Shown in pieces: positions 1 through 11,562 of a DNA stretch of 64,000 nt. The stretch is from an uncultured Gemmatimonadales bacterium. Lineage in GTDB: Bacteria; Gemmatimonadota; Gemmatimonadetes; Gemmatimonadales; GWC2-71-9. How positions within the stretch are numbered: the stretch's first letter is position 1; the number at the start of each line of letters is the position of its first letter. Location: the NCBI GenBank assembly GCA_963817575.1, contig CAWFOY010000009.1, positions 10,780 to 74,779 of the forward strand, given 5' to 3'. Made by a program: the position numbers and the translations under genes. The notes beneath the pieces were generated by a model that searched no databases, was not told the DNA's origin, and was given only the letters and a program-made list of their open reading frames with translations.

Positions 1-1568
<1,568 letters not shown>

Positions 1569-1569
<1 letters not shown>

Positions 1570-2381
1570 TGGCCTGGAGCTTCGGCGAGAGTCCGTTCCT
1601 GATCGCCGGACCTTGCGTCATCGAGGGCGATGACCTCATGCGGCAAGTCGGTGAGGCGCTGGCGGCGCTCGGCGAGAAGCACGGGATGCCCGTCTGCTTC
1701 AAGGCCAGCTTCGACAAGGCGAACCGATCGCGCATGGCGGGGCCCCGGGGACCAGGATTGGAGGAGGGCCTCCGGACGCTCGAGCGGGTGCGGGAGGCGA
1801 CCGGGCTCCCGATTCTCACCGATATCCACGACGCGGCGCAGGCCGCCCCCGCCGCCGAGGTGGTCGACGTGCTGCAGATCCCGGCGTTCCTGTGCCGCCA
1901 GACGGACCTGCTGGTCGCCGCCGGACGGACGGGGCGTGCGGTGAACGTGAAGAAGGGTCAGTGGATGCAGCCCGAAGGGATGCTCGGGGCGGTGGAGAAG
2001 GTCCGGGCGAGCGGATCGGCGGAGGTGGCCGTGACGGAGCGCGGCACGTTCTTCGGGTACGGCGACCTGGTCGTCGACATGCGCTCCTTCGCCCGGATGA
2101 AGGCGGCGACCGGCGCACCCGTCATCTTCGACGCGACGCATTCGGTGCAGCAGCCGGGGCAGGGAGAGGGCGGCGCCAGCGGGGGCCTGCGTGAATTCAT
2201 CCCCTCGCTGCTCGCGGCCGCGGCCGTCGCGGGCGCCGATGGATTCTTCCTGGAGACGCACCCCGACCCGGCGCGCGCGCCGAGTGATGCGGCGACGCAG
2301 TGGCCCCTGGACCGCCTCGGCGAGCTCGTCGAGCGCACGCTCGATCTCTGGGCCCGCGCCCGCGAGCGCGTCCGTGCTTGA
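1569..2381 (+). CDS. kdsA: KDO-8-phosphate synthase
   Basis: IAGPCVIE, KASFDKANRS, QIPAFLCRQTDLL, DATHSVQ; ATG at 1569 overlaps the pyrG stop. Confidence 0.97.
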
Positions 2382-2928
2382 TCCGCGCATCGCCAGGCGG
2401 ATCCGGCTGCTGGCACTCGACGTGGATGGCGTGCTGACGGACAATGCGGTGTTCATCGGATCCGTCGGCGGGCAGCGGGTGGAGTTCAAGCGCTTCGACA
2501 TCCAGGACGGCCTCGGCCTCGCCTTGCTCAGGGGCTCGGACATCCGGGTTGCGCTGGTCAGCGGCCGCACGTCGGAGGCGACCGCCCTCCGCGCCCAGGA
2601 GCTCCGGATCGAGGATGTCATTCAGGACCAGGGCGCACGGAAGGTCCCGGCGCTTGGGGCGCTGCTGGCGAGGCGCGGCATCGGCTGGCCGGAGGTCGCC
2701 TTCGTCGGGGATGACCTCGCGGACCTGCCGGTGCTCAAGCGGGTCGGCCTGCCGATCGCGGTCGCCAACTCCGTGGACGAGGCCAAGGCCATGGCCGCCT
2801 ACGTCACGAAGGCGGAGGGTGGCCGGGGAGCGGTTCGTGAGGTGGTGACCATGCTGCTTCGGGCTCGCGGTGAGTACGAAGCCGCGCTGCAGCGGTACCT
2901 CGAGGAGCGCGACGTCGATGACGCGTGA
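2374..2928 (+). CDS. kdsC: KDO-8-phosphate phosphatase (HAD family)
   Basis: LDVDGVLTD, DGLG, GDDLAD, GGRGAVRE; GTG at 2374. Confidence 0.93.
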   Translation: MLDPRIARRIRLLALDVDGVLTDNAVFIGSVGGQRVEFKRFDIQDGLGLALLRGSDIRVALVSGRTSEATALRAQELRIEDVIQDQGARKVPALGALLARRGIGWPEVAFVGDDLADLPVLKRVGLPIAVANSVDEAKAMAAYVTKAEGGRGAVREVVTMLLRARGEYEAALQRYLEERDVDDA

Positions 2929-3883
2929 TCCCGAGGCCCTCACGCAGCTCGGCCGCCGGGTGCTCGAGCTGGAGACCCGCGAGCTCGCCGCCTGCGCCGC
3001 CCGGATGGATGGCGGCTTCGGCCGGGCCGTGCAGTTGCTGGCAGGCGCCAAGGGCCGCGTGATCGTGTCAGGCGTCGGGAAATCGGGCCTGATCGCGCGG
3101 AAGATCGCCGCGACGCTCACGTCCACCGGTACCCCGGCCACCTACCTGCATCCGGTGGACAGCCTGCACGGCGACCTGGGCATCGTGGGTCGCACGGACG
3201 TGGCGATCCTGCTGAGCAAGAGCGGCGAGACCGAGGAGATGTTCGGATTGCTGGCCGCGCTGCAGCGCCTCGGCGTACCGATGATCGCAATCACCGGCGG
3301 CCGCCAGTCGACCCTGGCCAGGATGGCGCGCGAGGTGCTCGACGCCGGCGTGTCAGAGGAGGCCTGCCCCCACGACCTGGCACCGACCACCAGCACGACG
3401 GTCGCGCTCGCCATCGGCGACGCACTCGCGGTGGCGTTGCTCGAGATCAAGGGGTTCCGGCGCGAGGATTTCGCCGAGCTGCACCCCGGCGGCACGCTCG
3501 GCCGGAAGCTCCTCCTCCGTGTGCGGGATGTGATGCTCGAGCCCCAGGGGATTCTCCCACCCGGGGCGACGATGCGGGAAGGGGTCATGGCCCTGGCGCG
3601 GCACCGGGGCCTGGCAGTGATCGCCGAGGGCGGACGGGTCGCCGGGGTGGTCACGGCAGGGGATCTGAGCCGACTCGCCGAGTCCGAGCCCGGGTTCATC
3701 GAGCGCCCCGTGGCTTCCGTGATGACCCGGTCACCCAAGACGGCGCAGGCCGACGAGCTCGCGGCCGCCGTGCTGGGGCGGATGGAGCGACACGGCATCA
3801 TGGCGATGCCGGTCCTGGCGGAGGATGGGAAGATCGTCGGCGTCGTGCACCTGCACGACCTGATGCGGGCGGGGGCGGTGTGA
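2918..3883 (+). CDS. kdsD: Arabinose-5-phosphate isomerase (SIS + CBS)
   Basis: GVGKSGLIARKIAATLTSTGTPA, HGDLG, APTTST, HPGGTLG; C-terminal CBS pair. Confidence 0.95.
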   Translation: MTRDPEALTQLGRRVLELETRELAACAARMDGGFGRAVQLLAGAKGRVIVSGVGKSGLIARKIAATLTSTGTPATYLHPVDSLHGDLGIVGRTDVAILLSKSGETEEMFGLLAALQRLGVPMIAITGGRQSTLARMAREVLDAGVSEEACPHDLAPTTSTTVALAIGDALAVALLEIKGFRREDFAELHPGGTLGRKLLLRVRDVMLEPQGILPPGATMREGVMALARHRGLAVIAEGGRVAGVVTAGDLSRLAESEPGFIERPVASVMTRSPKTAQADELAAAVLGRMERHGIMAMPVLAEDGKIVGVVHLHDLMRAGAV

Positions 3884-4461
3884 GGCAGGAAGGCGGTCAA
3901 GCGGGGAGGCGGGGATGGGGGGGCCTCTCCTGGCTCGCCCTTCTCACCCTTGTTTCGGCCGGCTGTGCCGAGAGCGGGGCCCGGCCTACCGCCGTGGTAG
4001 CTGCGGCGGACACGGCGGATCAGGTGCTCGAAAAGGTGAGGCACCACATTACCGTTGACGGCGTTCGCAAGAGTCTTGTCGAGGCGGACACGGCCTACTA
4101 TTACGAGGGTTCGCAGTCGTTCGAGCTTCGGGCGGTGAAGGTCTCCTTCTTCGGTCTCGACGGATCGCCGACCTCCGTCCTGAACGCGCGTGAGGGCACC
4201 TACCGGGTGGCCAACGGCTCCATGGAGGGCCGTGGCGCGGTCGTCGTCCGCTCGGCGGATGGCAATCGCACCCTCCGGACCGAGCTGCTCCAGTACGACC
4301 CGGCGAAGAACGAGATCTCGACCGATCAGCACTACACGTATGACGAGGGTGGCAATCATCTCGAGGGGAACGGCTTCCGGTCTGATCCGAATTTCCAGAA
4401 GGTCCAGACCGAGCAGCCGCGGGGCAGGGCCGCCGAGGGCGTCCTCCTGCCGGGCCAATGA
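3880..4461 (+). CDS. lptC: LPS export periplasmic protein LptC
   Basis: N-terminal hydrophobic segment with Cys, beta-jellyroll-like sequence, position between kdsD and lptA/lptB. Confidence 0.8.
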   Translation: MRQEGGQAGRRGWGGLSWLALLTLVSAGCAESGARPTAVVAAADTADQVLEKVRHHITVDGVRKSLVEADTAYYYEGSQSFELRAVKVSFFGLDGSPTSVLNAREGTYRVANGSMEGRGAVVVRSADGNRTLRTELLQYDPAKNEISTDQHYTYDEGGNHLEGNGFRSDPNFQKVQTEQPRGRAAEGVLLPGQ

Positions 4462-5777
4462 TCAACCGGCGACTGGTGATCATGCTGGGATTGGCCGCGA
4501 CGCTGCCGGGCGCCGCGGGAGCGCAGGAGGCGAGTCGCCGCTGCCAGTTGCAGCTGGATCATGCTGATCGCGGGTTCGCCGACGGCAACAATTACTTCGC
4601 CGCGGGGGATGTGCGTATCAGCTGTCGGGGGGGATCGGTGCGGATGCGGAGCGACAGCCTGGCGTCCTACTCGAGCCAGATCGTTCACTTCGTGGGGAAT
4701 GTCCGCTACGAAGACTCGACGATGACCATGGACGCCGAGCGCGGTACCTATGTTCGCGCCGGCGAACGCTGGGAGGCCCGCGGGAATGTCCTCACGCGGA
4801 ACCTCCGGAACGGCTCGACGCTGAAGGGGCCGAGTCTCGACTATTACCGTGCCATCCCCGGCGAGCGGGACACCCTCGAGGTGTATGCGATCGGACGGCC
4901 GACGATCAGTTACGTGACGCTCGATTCCGCCGGGCAGCCCAGGGAACCCTACCTCATTGTCGGGGACCGCGTGCGCATGAAGGGTGAAGACCGGGTCTGG
5001 GCGGGAGGCAGGGTCACCATCGACCGGAGCGATTTCGCCGCGCGCGCCGATTCGATGCGGCTCGACCAGGGCGCGGGGCAGGATGGGACGCTCCTTCGCG
5101 GAGCGGAGGTGCGCGGGCTCGGCACCGATACGTTTGCGCTCACCGGCCGCCGGATCGACCTGCGGCTCGAGCAGAGCGAATTGACCTACGTCGTGGCCAA
5201 GGATTCGAGCCACGGCGTCAGTACGGAGTGGGACATCGTCGCAGACACGCTCGCCCTGGATATCAACAGGCAGAAGATCGAGCAGACGCTCGCCTGGGGC
5301 GACAGCACCCGGCCGCACGCCGTCTCGGTCACGTATGAGATCCTCGCCGACTCGCTCGCGCTCGACAGTCCCGCCCAGGTGCTGACGGAGGCCCGCGCGT
5401 TCGGGAAGGCCTGGGTGGCCTCACAGGCCGACTCGGTGACCCGGGAGCGTGATTGGCTCGTCGGCGACAGTGTGACCGCGCAGTTCGCCCGGCAGGATTC
5501 GGCAGGCAAGCCGCGCACCGTATTGAGCCGGGTGGACGCCCGCCATGAGGCCCGCTCATTCTACCAGGTGCGCGACGCGGCCAGGCCGGGGCGTCCCTCA
5601 CTGAACTACGCGCGCGGGGATCGGATCGTGGTCGTCATGCGCACCGATTCGATCGGCGGGGTCGATCGCGTCGAGCTGCGGGGGCAGGTGGACGGAGTCC
5701 AATTGGAGCCCGTGACCACCGCCGCCCGAGATACTACGCCGGCCAAACCGGGCCAGGCCCCTGCGGTGCCGAGGTGA
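4458..5777 (+). CDS. OstA/LptA-like LPS transport protein
   Basis: Signal peptide; repeated ADS/GNV beta-jellyroll motifs; lptC-X-lptB synteny. Confidence 0.7.
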   Translation: MINRRLVIMLGLAATLPGAAGAQEASRRCQLQLDHADRGFADGNNYFAAGDVRISCRGGSVRMRSDSLASYSSQIVHFVGNVRYEDSTMTMDAERGTYVRAGERWEARGNVLTRNLRNGSTLKGPSLDYYRAIPGERDTLEVYAIGRPTISYVTLDSAGQPREPYLIVGDRVRMKGEDRVWAGGRVTIDRSDFAARADSMRLDQGAGQDGTLLRGAEVRGLGTDTFALTGRRIDLRLEQSELTYVVAKDSSHGVSTEWDIVADTLALDINRQKIEQTLAWGDSTRPHAVSVTYEILADSLALDSPAQVLTEARAFGKAWVASQADSVTRERDWLVGDSVTAQFARQDSAGKPRTVLSRVDARHEARSFYQVRDAARPGRPSLNYARGDRIVVVMRTDSIGGVDRVELRGQVDGVQLEPVTTAARDTTPAKPGQAPAVPR

Positions 5778-6943
5778 CCACCCCGACGTGGATGGACGGG
5801 CTGCGCGGCCGCGAGGCTTCGATGGGGCTGGCCCTCGCGGCGCTCGTGAGCGGCGCAGACGACGAAGGTCGGGTCGCCTTCGACAATCTCGTCCTCGCGT
5901 ACCGGAACGCGTTCCTCAGCGGAGTCGAGACGGTGCCCGGACTCCCGCGATCGGAGCTCTCCGGCGAGCAGGTGCGTGACAATCTCGCGCGCTCGGTCCT
6001 GCCACGCCTCGCCGGCGACGGTTGGATCGCGGACGATTCCCGGACCCACTGGGCCCAGGTCCGCGCCACTGGCCCCTGGTGGGCGGAGGCGTCCCGGGAC
6101 CGCGGTGCTGCACTCGGGCTGCTGGTAGAACTTGCCCGGGGCAGCCACGCCCGGCACGAAGCAGCCGCCGTCCGGCTCCCCGGGCCGACCGGGACCGTGC
6201 TGGAAGCCATCGGCCTCTCCAAGAGCTTCCGGCAGCGGACGGTCGTGAACAACGTCTCCGTGAAGGTGGCGCAAGGGGAAATCGTTGCCCTGCTGGGCCC
6301 CAACGGCGCGGGCAAGACGGTCACCTTCTACTGCCTGACCGGGATCATCCAGCCGGACTCGGGACGGGTCCTGCTGGACGGCGAGGACATCACGGAATCC
6401 CCGATGTACCTTCGGGCACGCCGTGGGCTCGGCTATCTGGCCCAGGAGCCCTCGGTCTTCCGCCGTTTGACGGTGGAGGAAAACGTCCTGGCGATCCTCG
6501 AAACGCTGCCGATCCGGGCGGCCGAACGGGCGCAGCGGCTGGAGGTCATGCTGGACGAGCTGTCGATCAAGCACCTCCGCAAGAGCAAGGCGTACGCGCT
6601 GAGCGGCGGGGAGAGGCGGCGCCTCGAGATCACCCGCGCCCTCGTGACAGCGCCCAAGTTCATGCTGCTCGATGAGCCGTTCGCGGGGGTGGATCCCATC
6701 GCGGTCAACGACATCCAGACGATCGTGGCCGGGCTGCGCCACCGGGGCCTCGGGGTGCTCATCACGGACCACAACGTGGAGCAGACGCTGGACATCGTGG
6801 ATCGGGCGTACATTCTCTTTGAGGGGAAGGTGCAGGCGGCCGGCACCGTTCCCGAGCTGGTGTTCGACGACAACGTTGCGAATCTGTACCTCGGACCGAC
6901 GCTGACGGCGCGGCTTCGGGCCCGCCTGGAGAACGTCGCGTGA
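5774..6943 (+). CDS. lptB: LPS export ABC ATPase LptB with ~140-aa N-terminal extension
   Basis: GPNGAGKT, YLAQEPSVFRRL, LSGGERRRLEI, LDEPFAGVDP, ITDHNV; upstream of rpoN. Confidence 0.93.
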   Translation: MTTPTWMDGLRGREASMGLALAALVSGADDEGRVAFDNLVLAYRNAFLSGVETVPGLPRSELSGEQVRDNLARSVLPRLAGDGWIADDSRTHWAQVRATGPWWAEASRDRGAALGLLVELARGSHARHEAAAVRLPGPTGTVLEAIGLSKSFRQRTVVNNVSVKVAQGEIVALLGPNGAGKTVTFYCLTGIIQPDSGRVLLDGEDITESPMYLRARRGLGYLAQEPSVFRRLTVEENVLAILETLPIRAAERAQRLEVMLDELSIKHLRKSKAYALSGGERRRLEITRALVTAPKFMLLDEPFAGVDPIAVNDIQTIVAGLRHRGLGVLITDHNVEQTLDIVDRAYILFEGKVQAAGTVPELVFDDNVANLYLGPTLTARLRARLENVA

Positions 6944-8442
6944 AGCAAGGACTCTCGCAGCACATCGGCATGCGGCAGGAGCTCCGCATCAATCCCCGCC
7001 TCTATCAGGCGATGGACATGCTGTACATGCCGATGATGGACCTCCAGCAGCACCTCAAGCAGGAGCTGCTGATCAATCCGTTTCTCGAGCTGGTCGAGCC
7101 GGACGACGAAGAGCAGGAGGGCACGGAGCGGGAGGCTCAGAAGGAGAAGGACAAGGAAGAGACCGCCAAGCAGGACGAGATGGACTGGGAAGAGATCCTG
7201 CTCAATGGGTTCGAGACCGGCGGTGCGCGGGAGCAGTACGAACAGCTCGAGTACGCGGAACCGGTCACCGTCGAGACCCGCGACCTCATCGATCACCTCC
7301 GGGAGCAGCTCAAGCTGCTGGAGCTGAGCCCCCGCCAGCTGCTCCTGAGCGAGGAGTTTCTCGGCAATATCAAGGAGGACGGCTACCTGGCGGCGTCGCT
7401 CGAGGAGATCATCGGCTCGGTGAACGAGCTGATCGCGGCCCACGCGAGAGGCGAGGCGTCCGAGGAGGAAGAGGACGCGGAGGAGCCGGACGCCGAGGCG
7501 CTTCCGCCGGGCGTCCAGTTGTTCACTCTGGAGGAAGCGGAACAGCTGCTTCAAGTGCTGCAGAACCTCGATCCGCCCGGCATCGCGGCGCGGGACATTC
7601 GGGAGTGCCTGCTTCTGCAGATCCGGGAGCGCGGCGAGACCGAGACGCTCACCTACCGGCTGGTCTCCGAGGCGTTCCAGGACCTCATCGCCCACCGGTG
7701 GAACGAGCTGGCCCGGCGTTTCGGCGTGCCGCCAGCGGCCGTGCAGGCCGCCGCCGATGCGCTGGCCGTGCTGGATCCGAAGCCGGGCCTCAAGTTCGCC
7801 GGGCAGGACGACGGGTACATCCTTCCGGATCTCATCGTCGAGAAGATCGACAAGGAGTACAAGGTCTTCCTGAACGACACCGGGGTGCCGCGGCTCCGGT
7901 TGAGCCGGGCCTATCAGGAGGTGACCCGCGACCGGAAGAAGCTCACGGCGGAGAACCGCGAGTTCATCGCGGCGAAGATGAACAGCGCCACCTGGATGAT
8001 CCAGGCCATCGAGCAGCGCCGCCAGACGATGCTCAAGGTGATGAACTTCATCGTCGACCGGCAGCGCGACTTCTTCGAGAAGGGGATCGAGTACCTCAAG
8101 CCGCTCACGCTCCGCGAAGTGGCCGAAGTCATCAACATGCACGAATCCACCGTGAGCCGGGTGACGAACGAGAAGTACGTGCAGACGCCGCGCGGCGTGC
8201 TGCCGCTCAAGTTCTTCTTCTCCAGCGCGCTCCAGACATCCTCGGGAGAGGACGCCAGCGCGCGCTCCATCCGCGCGAAGCTGGAGAAGATGGTGGCCGA
8301 CGAGAATCCGGCGAAGCCGCTGACCGACCAGCAGATCGTGCACCTCTTCCAGGAACAGGGCATCCAGATCGCCCGCCGCACCGTCGCGAAGTACCGGGAC
8401 CAGCTCGGCATCCTTCCTGCGCGGATGCGAAAGCGCGTATGA
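6940..8442 (+). CDS. rpoN: RNA polymerase sigma-54 factor
   Basis: HESTVSR and the RpoN box ARRTVAKYR. Confidence 0.98.
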   Translation: MKQGLSQHIGMRQELRINPRLYQAMDMLYMPMMDLQQHLKQELLINPFLELVEPDDEEQEGTEREAQKEKDKEETAKQDEMDWEEILLNGFETGGAREQYEQLEYAEPVTVETRDLIDHLREQLKLLELSPRQLLLSEEFLGNIKEDGYLAASLEEIIGSVNELIAAHARGEASEEEEDAEEPDAEALPPGVQLFTLEEAEQLLQVLQNLDPPGIAARDIRECLLLQIRERGETETLTYRLVSEAFQDLIAHRWNELARRFGVPPAAVQAAADALAVLDPKPGLKFAGQDDGYILPDLIVEKIDKEYKVFLNDTGVPRLRLSRAYQEVTRDRKKLTAENREFIAAKMNSATWMIQAIEQRRQTMLKVMNFIVDRQRDFFEKGIEYLKPLTLREVAEVINMHESTVSRVTNEKYVQTPRGVLPLKFFFSSALQTSSGEDASARSIRAKLEKMVADENPAKPLTDQQIVHLFQEQGIQIARRTVAKYRDQLGILPARMRKRV

Positions 8443-9407
8443 GCCTCCCGGCGCGGAGGGGCCCCGTTGACGTCAGTGTACTGGTGCCGGCAAAAGACGA
8501 GGCGGAGAATCTGGCCGAGTTCCTGCGGCTGTGCGCCGAGGCCCTGGGGGCGGCGGCGTTTTCTTTCGAGGTGGTGGTGGTGGACGACGGCTCCCGCGAC
8601 CGGACGGGTGCCGTCCTCGAGGAGCTCCGGGCGACCTATCCGTTCCTGACGGTCGTCTCGCACCCCCGCCAGCGGGGCATCGCGGACGCGCTCCGCTCCG
8701 CGGGCGATGCCGCGCGGGGCGATGTCTTCGTGTTCTATCCGGCCGATCTGCAGTACCTCCCTGAGGACATCCCGTCGCTCGTGGCGCCGATTCTGGAGGG
8801 ACGCGCGGATATCGTGACCGGCACCAAGCAGGGCAAGTATGAGAAGGCCTTCGTGTCGGGAGTGTACAACGCGCTCTGCCGCTGGCTCTTCGGGGTCCGG
8901 GTCACCGACCTCAACTCGGTCAAGGCCTACCGTCGCGAGGTGATGAACCACGTCCCGCTCCGGCCCGACTGGCATCGGTACATGGTGGTCATCGCGGCCG
9001 CCGAGGGGGCGCGGCTGACCTCGCTGCCGGTGCCGCTCTACCCCCGCCGCGCCGGCGTCTCGAAGTTCAACTGGAAGCGGATCCCCGTGGGCGCTCTCGA
9101 CCTGCTGAGCGTGTGGTTCCAGCTCCGCTTCGGGCGCAAGCCACTCCTCTTTTTCGGTGGAGTGGGGGCGATCCTGTTCCTGGTGGGATTCCTGGCTGGT
9201 GTCGTCGCCCTGATCCTCCGGTTCGGGTACGGCATCGGATTTCGGCCGCTTCTGAACCTCGTGGAAACAATGGTGATCAGCGGCATTGCACTCTTCGGTT
9301 TCGGGTTCGTCGGCGAGATGATCGCGGGAATGCGGGAGGACATCGCCGGCCTCCGGCGCGAGGTCGCGCGAGGCGGGCCCGGTGCCGGACCGCTGGATCG
9401 CGAATGA
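8439..9407 (+). CDS. GT2 glycosyltransferase (ArnC/DPM-like) with C-terminal TM helices
   Basis: VLVPAKDE, VVDDGSRD, ADLQ, R.AG.SK; ATGA overlap with rpoN. Confidence 0.88.
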   Translation: MSLPARRGPVDVSVLVPAKDEAENLAEFLRLCAEALGAAAFSFEVVVVDDGSRDRTGAVLEELRATYPFLTVVSHPRQRGIADALRSAGDAARGDVFVFYPADLQYLPEDIPSLVAPILEGRADIVTGTKQGKYEKAFVSGVYNALCRWLFGVRVTDLNSVKAYRREVMNHVPLRPDWHRYMVVIAAAEGARLTSLPVPLYPRRAGVSKFNWKRIPVGALDLLSVWFQLRFGRKPLLFFGGVGAILFLVGFLAGVVALILRFGYGIGFRPLLNLVETMVISGIALFGFGFVGEMIAGMREDIAGLRREVARGGPGAGPLDRE

Positions 9408-11551
9408 CGGAACCCAGCCTGAAGATCCTGCTCGTCACGCACAACTTCCCCCGCCACGTCCACGACATGGCGGGGGCCTTTCTGCTCGCCCTCGCCCACG
9501 GCCAGCAGGCGCTCGGGCACGAGGTACGGGTGCTGGCACCGCACGCCCCCGGCCTCCTGCTGGAGGAACGGGTGGATGGCGTGGACGTGGTGCGGTACCG
9601 ATACGGCCCGGAGGCGGAAGAGACGCTGGCCTACGCCGGGACGATGCACGAGCAGGCGCTCCGCTCCTGGCGCGCGCGGTGGCGCTTGCTCCGGTTCATC
9701 ACCGCGTCGCGGGCCGGCCTCCGCCGCGAGCTGCGCGCGTGGCACCCCGATGTCCTCCACGTCCACTGGTGGGTGCCGGGAGGGTTCGCCGTCTGGCCGG
9801 GCCTCTCCCGCCGCGTGCCGGTGGTCCTGACCTCACACGGCACGGATGTCTTCCTCCTCGACCGCTTTCCCGTCGCCCGTCCCATCGCCCGGGCGATCTT
9901 CCGGTCCGCCCGGCAGGTCACGGTGATCTCCTCCCCACTGGTCCCCAGGGTCGAGGCGCTCGGCGTCCCCAGCGATCGCATCACGATCCTCCCGATGCCG
10001 CTCAGCGCGGAGCGGTTCGCCGGCGGGTATACCGGAGTGCGTGATCCGACTCGCCTCCTGTTCGTCGGGCGGCTGGTGGAGCGGAAGGGCGCGGAGTACG
10101 CGCTTCGTGCCCTCGCGGCGCTCCGGAAGGCGGGCAGGGAGGTGCGACTCACGATCTGCGGGGAGGGTCCCGAACGCGACCGGCTGGAGGCGCTGGCCGG
10201 CGAGCTCGGCGTGGCGGACGTGAGCGAGTTCACCGGCGCGCTGCCCCACGATGCCGTGGCTGAGCTGTACAGGACGAGCGCGGTGCTCGTGATGCCCGCC
10301 GTGACCGATTGGAAGGGTGAGCAGGAGGGCTTCGGCATGGTGCTCGTCGAGGCGATGGCCAGTGGACTCCCGGTCGTTTCGACTCTGAGCGGTGGGATCT
10401 CCGACGTGATCCGGGACGGCCGCTCGGGCCTGCTGGTTGCGGAACGGGATCCTTCCGCGCTGGCAGACGCCGTCGGCCGGCTCCTGGATGATCCGCACCT
10501 GGCCGAGTCCCTCACTACAGCTGCGGCGGCGGACCTCGATGCGCGCTTCGCGCCCGAGTCGATCGCTCGTGCGTTCGAGGGTGTTTATCGTCGGGCGATC
10601 GGAGACGCTAGCGTGAGCGGCGTGCGCACGTGGATCGGTCGCGCACTGCAGGTCGCCGGCGTCACGGCGGCGGCCTGGTATCTCGTGCACACCGGCACGG
10701 TGAACCGGGAGGCGCTCGCCGCGGTGCCCTTCAGATTCGCATTTTGGCCGTTCGCTGTCGCGTCCGTGATCACCGTCGGGACGTATTTCTACCTGGTGAG
10801 GACGTGGGCCGGAAGCCTCCGATGGTGGGGCCAGTCCCTGCCGTACGGCGACGCGATCCGCATCTGGTTCATCACCAACCTGACGCGCTTCGTGCCGGGG
10901 ATCGTGTGGCAGTTCGCGCACGTCGGCACCGAGGCGCTTGCCGCCAGGATTTCACCGGTGGCGGCGGCCGGCGGAATGGTGTTTCAACAACTGGTCCTGC
11001 TCGCGACCGGCCTCGCCGTCGCGGGCTCGCTGGCTCCGATGCTGCCGGGGCAGGGGGCGATCACTCTCGCACCTGGAACCGCGATTCTGCTGGCCTCGCT
11101 CGGGGTGGCAGCCGTGATTATTCTCCTTCCCGTCGTGACCCCGCTGCTGGAGCGCTGGACCTCCCGCGTGCTCCGTCGGGAGATCCCGTGGCCGGCGCCG
11201 ACCCGCGGAGATCTCAGCCGGTACACCGCCGCCCTTGTGCTCCCGTGGCTGGCCTACGGCGTCGCCTTCTGGCTCTTCGGGCGGGCCCTGCTGGGTGAAG
11301 CGGCCGCACCCGCCCTGATGCCGGCCGCGGCGGCGTTCATCGGGAGCTACGTGGCGGGCATCATCGCGGTCTTCGCTCCCGGGGGCCTCGGGATCCGGGA
11401 GGCGGCACTGGTTGCCTTGCTCTCGCCGGGGATCGGTGCCCCGGCCGCGCTCTTCCTGGCGATCGCCGCCCGGCTCTGGCTTGTCGGGCTGGAACTCGCG
11501 ACCGCCCTGGCCGTCCTCGTCTGGCAACGCCGTCGCGGCCTCAACCCCTGA
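9404..11551 (+). CDS. GT4 glycosyltransferase in frame with a lysylphosphatidylglycerol-synthase-TM (flippase-like) domain
   Basis: FVGRLVERKG, EGFGMVLVEAMASG; C-terminal multi-TM region with PGGLGIRE; possible separate GTG start at 10613. Confidence 0.8.
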   Translation: MTEPSLKILLVTHNFPRHVHDMAGAFLLALAHGQQALGHEVRVLAPHAPGLLLEERVDGVDVVRYRYGPEAEETLAYAGTMHEQALRSWRARWRLLRFITASRAGLRRELRAWHPDVLHVHWWVPGGFAVWPGLSRRVPVVLTSHGTDVFLLDRFPVARPIARAIFRSARQVTVISSPLVPRVEALGVPSDRITILPMPLSAERFAGGYTGVRDPTRLLFVGRLVERKGAEYALRALAALRKAGREVRLTICGEGPERDRLEALAGELGVADVSEFTGALPHDAVAELYRTSAVLVMPAVTDWKGEQEGFGMVLVEAMASGLPVVSTLSGGISDVIRDGRSGLLVAERDPSALADAVGRLLDDPHLAESLTTAAAADLDARFAPESIARAFEGVYRRAIGDASVSGVRTWIGRALQVAGVTAAAWYLVHTGTVNREALAAVPFRFAFWPFAVASVITVGTYFYLVRTWAGSLRWWGQSLPYGDAIRIWFITNLTRFVPGIVWQFAHVGTEALAARISPVAAAGGMVFQQLVLLATGLAVAGSLAPMLPGQGAITLAPGTAILLASLGVAAVIILLPVVTPLLERWTSRVLRREIPWPAPTRGDLSRYTAALVLPWLAYGVAFWLFGRALLGEAAAPALMPAAAAFIGSYVAGIIAVFAPGGLGIREAALVALLSPGIGAPAALFLAIAARLWLVGLELATALAVLVWQRRRGLNP

Positions 11552-11562
11552 CTCAGAACGCC

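Noticed and set aside
6433-8343. Long antisense and alternate-frame ORFs (also 12139-14016, 48575-50959, 50536-52266)
   Set aside because: Shadow ORFs of high-GC coding DNA that overlap well-supported genes and show no recognisable motifs
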